This document shows, piece after piece, positions 34,858 through 36,523 of a stretch of DNA of 36,523 nt. The stretch is taken from the IMG/VR virus record IMGVR_UViG_3300008255_000074, positions 1 through 36,523 of that record; one strand, 5' to 3'. This DNA comes from a virus. Lineage: Duplodnaviria; Caudoviricetes. The notes beneath the pieces are model-generated. The model saw nothing but the letters and a program-made list of their open reading frames with translations, was not told where the DNA came from and made no database searches. The translations under genes were made by a program, and so were the position numbers. The stretch's first letter is position 1. Each line of letters begins with the position of its first letter.

Positions 34858-35239
34858 AGAATTACTAAAAGAGCAAATTGTAGAATTAATTAGTCAATGG
34901 CAAGACATATGGATGGTGTGCAACAAAGATTGTTATTGCATTCCTATTAAAGCACTTGAAGCAAGATTGTGTTCGATGATTGATTCATTCGATTCTAAAA
35001 AGGAGCCTAAGTTTAAATTAGGACAAAAAGTTTTTGTTGCAGATGAATGTGAAATTTTATATTACCCAATTGTAGAAATAGAAGAAAGTGGTTTTCATAA
35101 TGGATCTCTTTATTGTTACACCTTAAAAGATGGGCAATCATGGCTTGAATCGGAACTTTTTGGTTCAGAAAAAGAAATAAAAGATTATTTTTATAACCGC
35201 ATAAATGAACTTGTAAGAAAGGACAAAGAGCGTGACTAA
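34814..35239 (+). CDS. Hypothetical protein with C-terminal SH3-like domain (PKFKLGQKVFV); start probably a later ATG
   Basis: ORF in operon; motif shared with the array genes. Confidence 0.65.
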   Translation: MNYIERKMNTMKMNKELLKEQIVELISQWQDIWMVCNKDCYCIPIKALEARLCSMIDSFDSKKEPKFKLGQKVFVADECEILYYPIVEIEESGFHNGSLYCYTLKDGQSWLESELFGSEKEIKDYFYNRINELVRKDKERD

Positions 35240-35387
35240 TCTTATAGCTAACATTATTACGATATTATTAATAATATTAGAAATCGCTATAAAAGCCATT
35301 CTTACCATAATTTTATTAGGGTGGGTGGTTTCTATTATGTTAATCCCAGTATTAGTGCTTTATTACTCAAAAATACTATTTATGTAA
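35232..35387 (+). CDS. 51-aa very hydrophobic membrane peptide, not in the ORF track
   Basis: AAGGA RBS, GTG 35232 to TAA 35387; fills the gap; Ile/Leu-rich. Confidence 0.6.
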   Translation: MTNLIANIITILLIILEIAIKAILTIILLGWVVSIMLIPVLVLYYSKILFM

Positions 35388-35410
35388 AAATTAAAAACAA
35401 GGACGTTTAA

Positions 35411-35614
35411 ATGGGTTATCACAGATTTGAAATGGGTGATTTAGTTAATGTTAATAATAAACCCCACATAATTTATAAAATTGAGCATACCGAGGAAGAA
35501 GGTAGGCTATATGGAGTTTTAGAGTCTAACCGCTCTTATGCTTGTGAAAAGTTAAAATTTGTTCCACGTGAAACACTTCGTCTGTGGAGGAATCCAAGTG
35601 GAGACATTAAATAA
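35411..35614 (+). CDS. Hypothetical protein, SH3-like (RFEMGDLVNV)
   Basis: AAGGA RBS, TAATG coupling. Confidence 0.7.
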   Translation: MGYHRFEMGDLVNVNNKPHIIYKIEHTEEEGRLYGVLESNRSYACEKLKFVPRETLRLWRNPSGDIK

Positions 35615-36249
35615 TGGATATCATTAAACGATTAGAAAAGCTTGAACGTAACGAACCTATTCGTAATTATATAGGAGCATCGTCAATTTGGCATCCTTGT
35701 TTTCGTAAAATATGTTATGAATTTCATAAACCTGAGTTAAGAGACAGTCCAACCGCTAGAACGTTAAGAATATTTGAAATAGGTCATGCCATTGAAGCAG
35801 TGATGATAGATTTGTTACGTCGTGCAGGTATTGAGGTGCTTGTCACTGACCAAATATTTACTGATAAAGAATTACCATACTTGCAAGGTCATGTTGATGG
35901 GATTTTACCCCACGAAGATATGGTTTTAGAGCTTAAAACATGCAAAGATTCTAGTTTTAAATTATTTAAAAAGAAAGGGGTAAAAGAATGGTTTCCAGCT
36001 TATTACTATCAAGCTCAATGTTATATGGCTTTTACAGGGCTAAATAAGGCTTTAGTTTTAGCTATAAACAAAGATAATGCCGAACTTCATTCTGAGGTGG
36101 TTAAATATGATGAAAAAGTATTTAATTACATTAAATTAAAAGCTAAGTCTATTCATGAAGGACAAAGCGAGCCACCAAGACTTTCAAATAATCCAGCATG
36201 GTTTCAGTGCGTTCTGTGCGACTTTCATAAATATTGTCATAAATTATAA
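35614..36249 (+). CDS. Cas4-like PD-(D/E)xK exonuclease with Fe-S cysteines
   Basis: YIGASSIWHPCFRK, GHAIE, GHVDG, LELKT, QAQCYM, CVLCDFHKYC. Confidence 0.88.
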   Translation: MDIIKRLEKLERNEPIRNYIGASSIWHPCFRKICYEFHKPELRDSPTARTLRIFEIGHAIEAVMIDLLRRAGIEVLVTDQIFTDKELPYLQGHVDGILPHEDMVLELKTCKDSSFKLFKKKGVKEWFPAYYYQAQCYMAFTGLNKALVLAINKDNAELHSEVVKYDEKVFNYIKLKAKSIHEGQSEPPRLSNNPAWFQCVLCDFHKYCHKL

Positions 36250-36259
36250 GGAAAATAAA

Positions 36260-36523
36260 ATGTTTGGACAAATGACGAATGTTCGAATGAGACATGAAAA
36301 AATTCCGTGTCCTCCTAGCTCCAAAAATGGATCACAAAAAAAAACTGAAACATGGAAAGCGAATCAAAAGTTATGGTTAGTTCTTTGGAATGAAGCAGGC
36401 AAAGGAATTACTACAGGGGCTTGGTCACCTGCTCTTGTAGGAGGTTCATTTAATGAAAATACGTATGTTGAAGTTTTAATTGGTCAATATGGTCCTATGG
36501 ATATGCATTATGCTTTACCTATG
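36260..36523 (+). CDS. 5' part of the junction-spanning 111-aa hypothetical protein
   Basis: AAGGA RBS, ATG 36260; open to the window end and continuing at 124-195. Confidence 0.8.
   Translation, partial: MFGQMTNVRMRHEKIPCPPSSKNGSQKKTETWKANQKLWLVLWNEAGKGITTGAWSPALVGGSFNENTYVEVLIGQYGPMDMHYALPM
36401..36523. repeat. Terminal direct repeat, copy 2 (circular assembly overlap)
   Basis: Identical to 1-123; an ORF reads through the join in frame. Confidence 0.97.

Noticed and set aside
35614-36249. CRISPR-Cas system
   Set aside because: Solo Cas4-like nuclease; no repeat-spacer array or other cas genes.
1-36523. Alternative genetic code or diversity-generating retroelement
   Set aside because: Core genes are intact in the standard bacterial code; no reverse transcriptase or TR/VR pair seen.

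Overview
The window is an apparently complete, circularly assembled, AT-rich tailed-phage genome of about 36,400 bp. Bases 1-123 repeat at 36401-36523 and one ORF reads in frame across the join. There are four transcription blocks. (1) A minus-strand late operon (24057->3211) with P22-like podovirus order: terS, terL, portal, scaffold, coat, adaptor, tail hub, three ejection proteins, several tail fibre/spike genes, DUF1353, lysozyme and VRR-NUC. (2) A plus-strand array of about 20 tiny translationally coupled genes (24442->29907). (3) A minus-strand cro-like gene plus a replication initiator with internal iterons (32343->30044). (4) A plus-strand recombination block (32453->3131, across the join): AAA_24/Sak4-like ATPase, SSB, Cas4-like exonuclease and RadD/YejH-like helicase. 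I see no integrase, cI repressor, primase, polymerase, tRNA or CRISPR. The most notable observations are: an rtcB RNA-ligase gene whose catalytic core is replaced by an HNH endonuclease with both ends retained; two tandem covarying pseudoknot-like motifs in the coat leader; a promoter-hairpin-terminator antisense RNA plus mini-ORF upstream of the initiator; a DnaA-box-like cluster beside an AT-rich tract; a conserved junction sequence linking the mini-genes; and an unannotated self-promoted 24-aa membrane peptide at the P22 sieA-equivalent position. All family assignments come from motif recognition by eye, not database searches.
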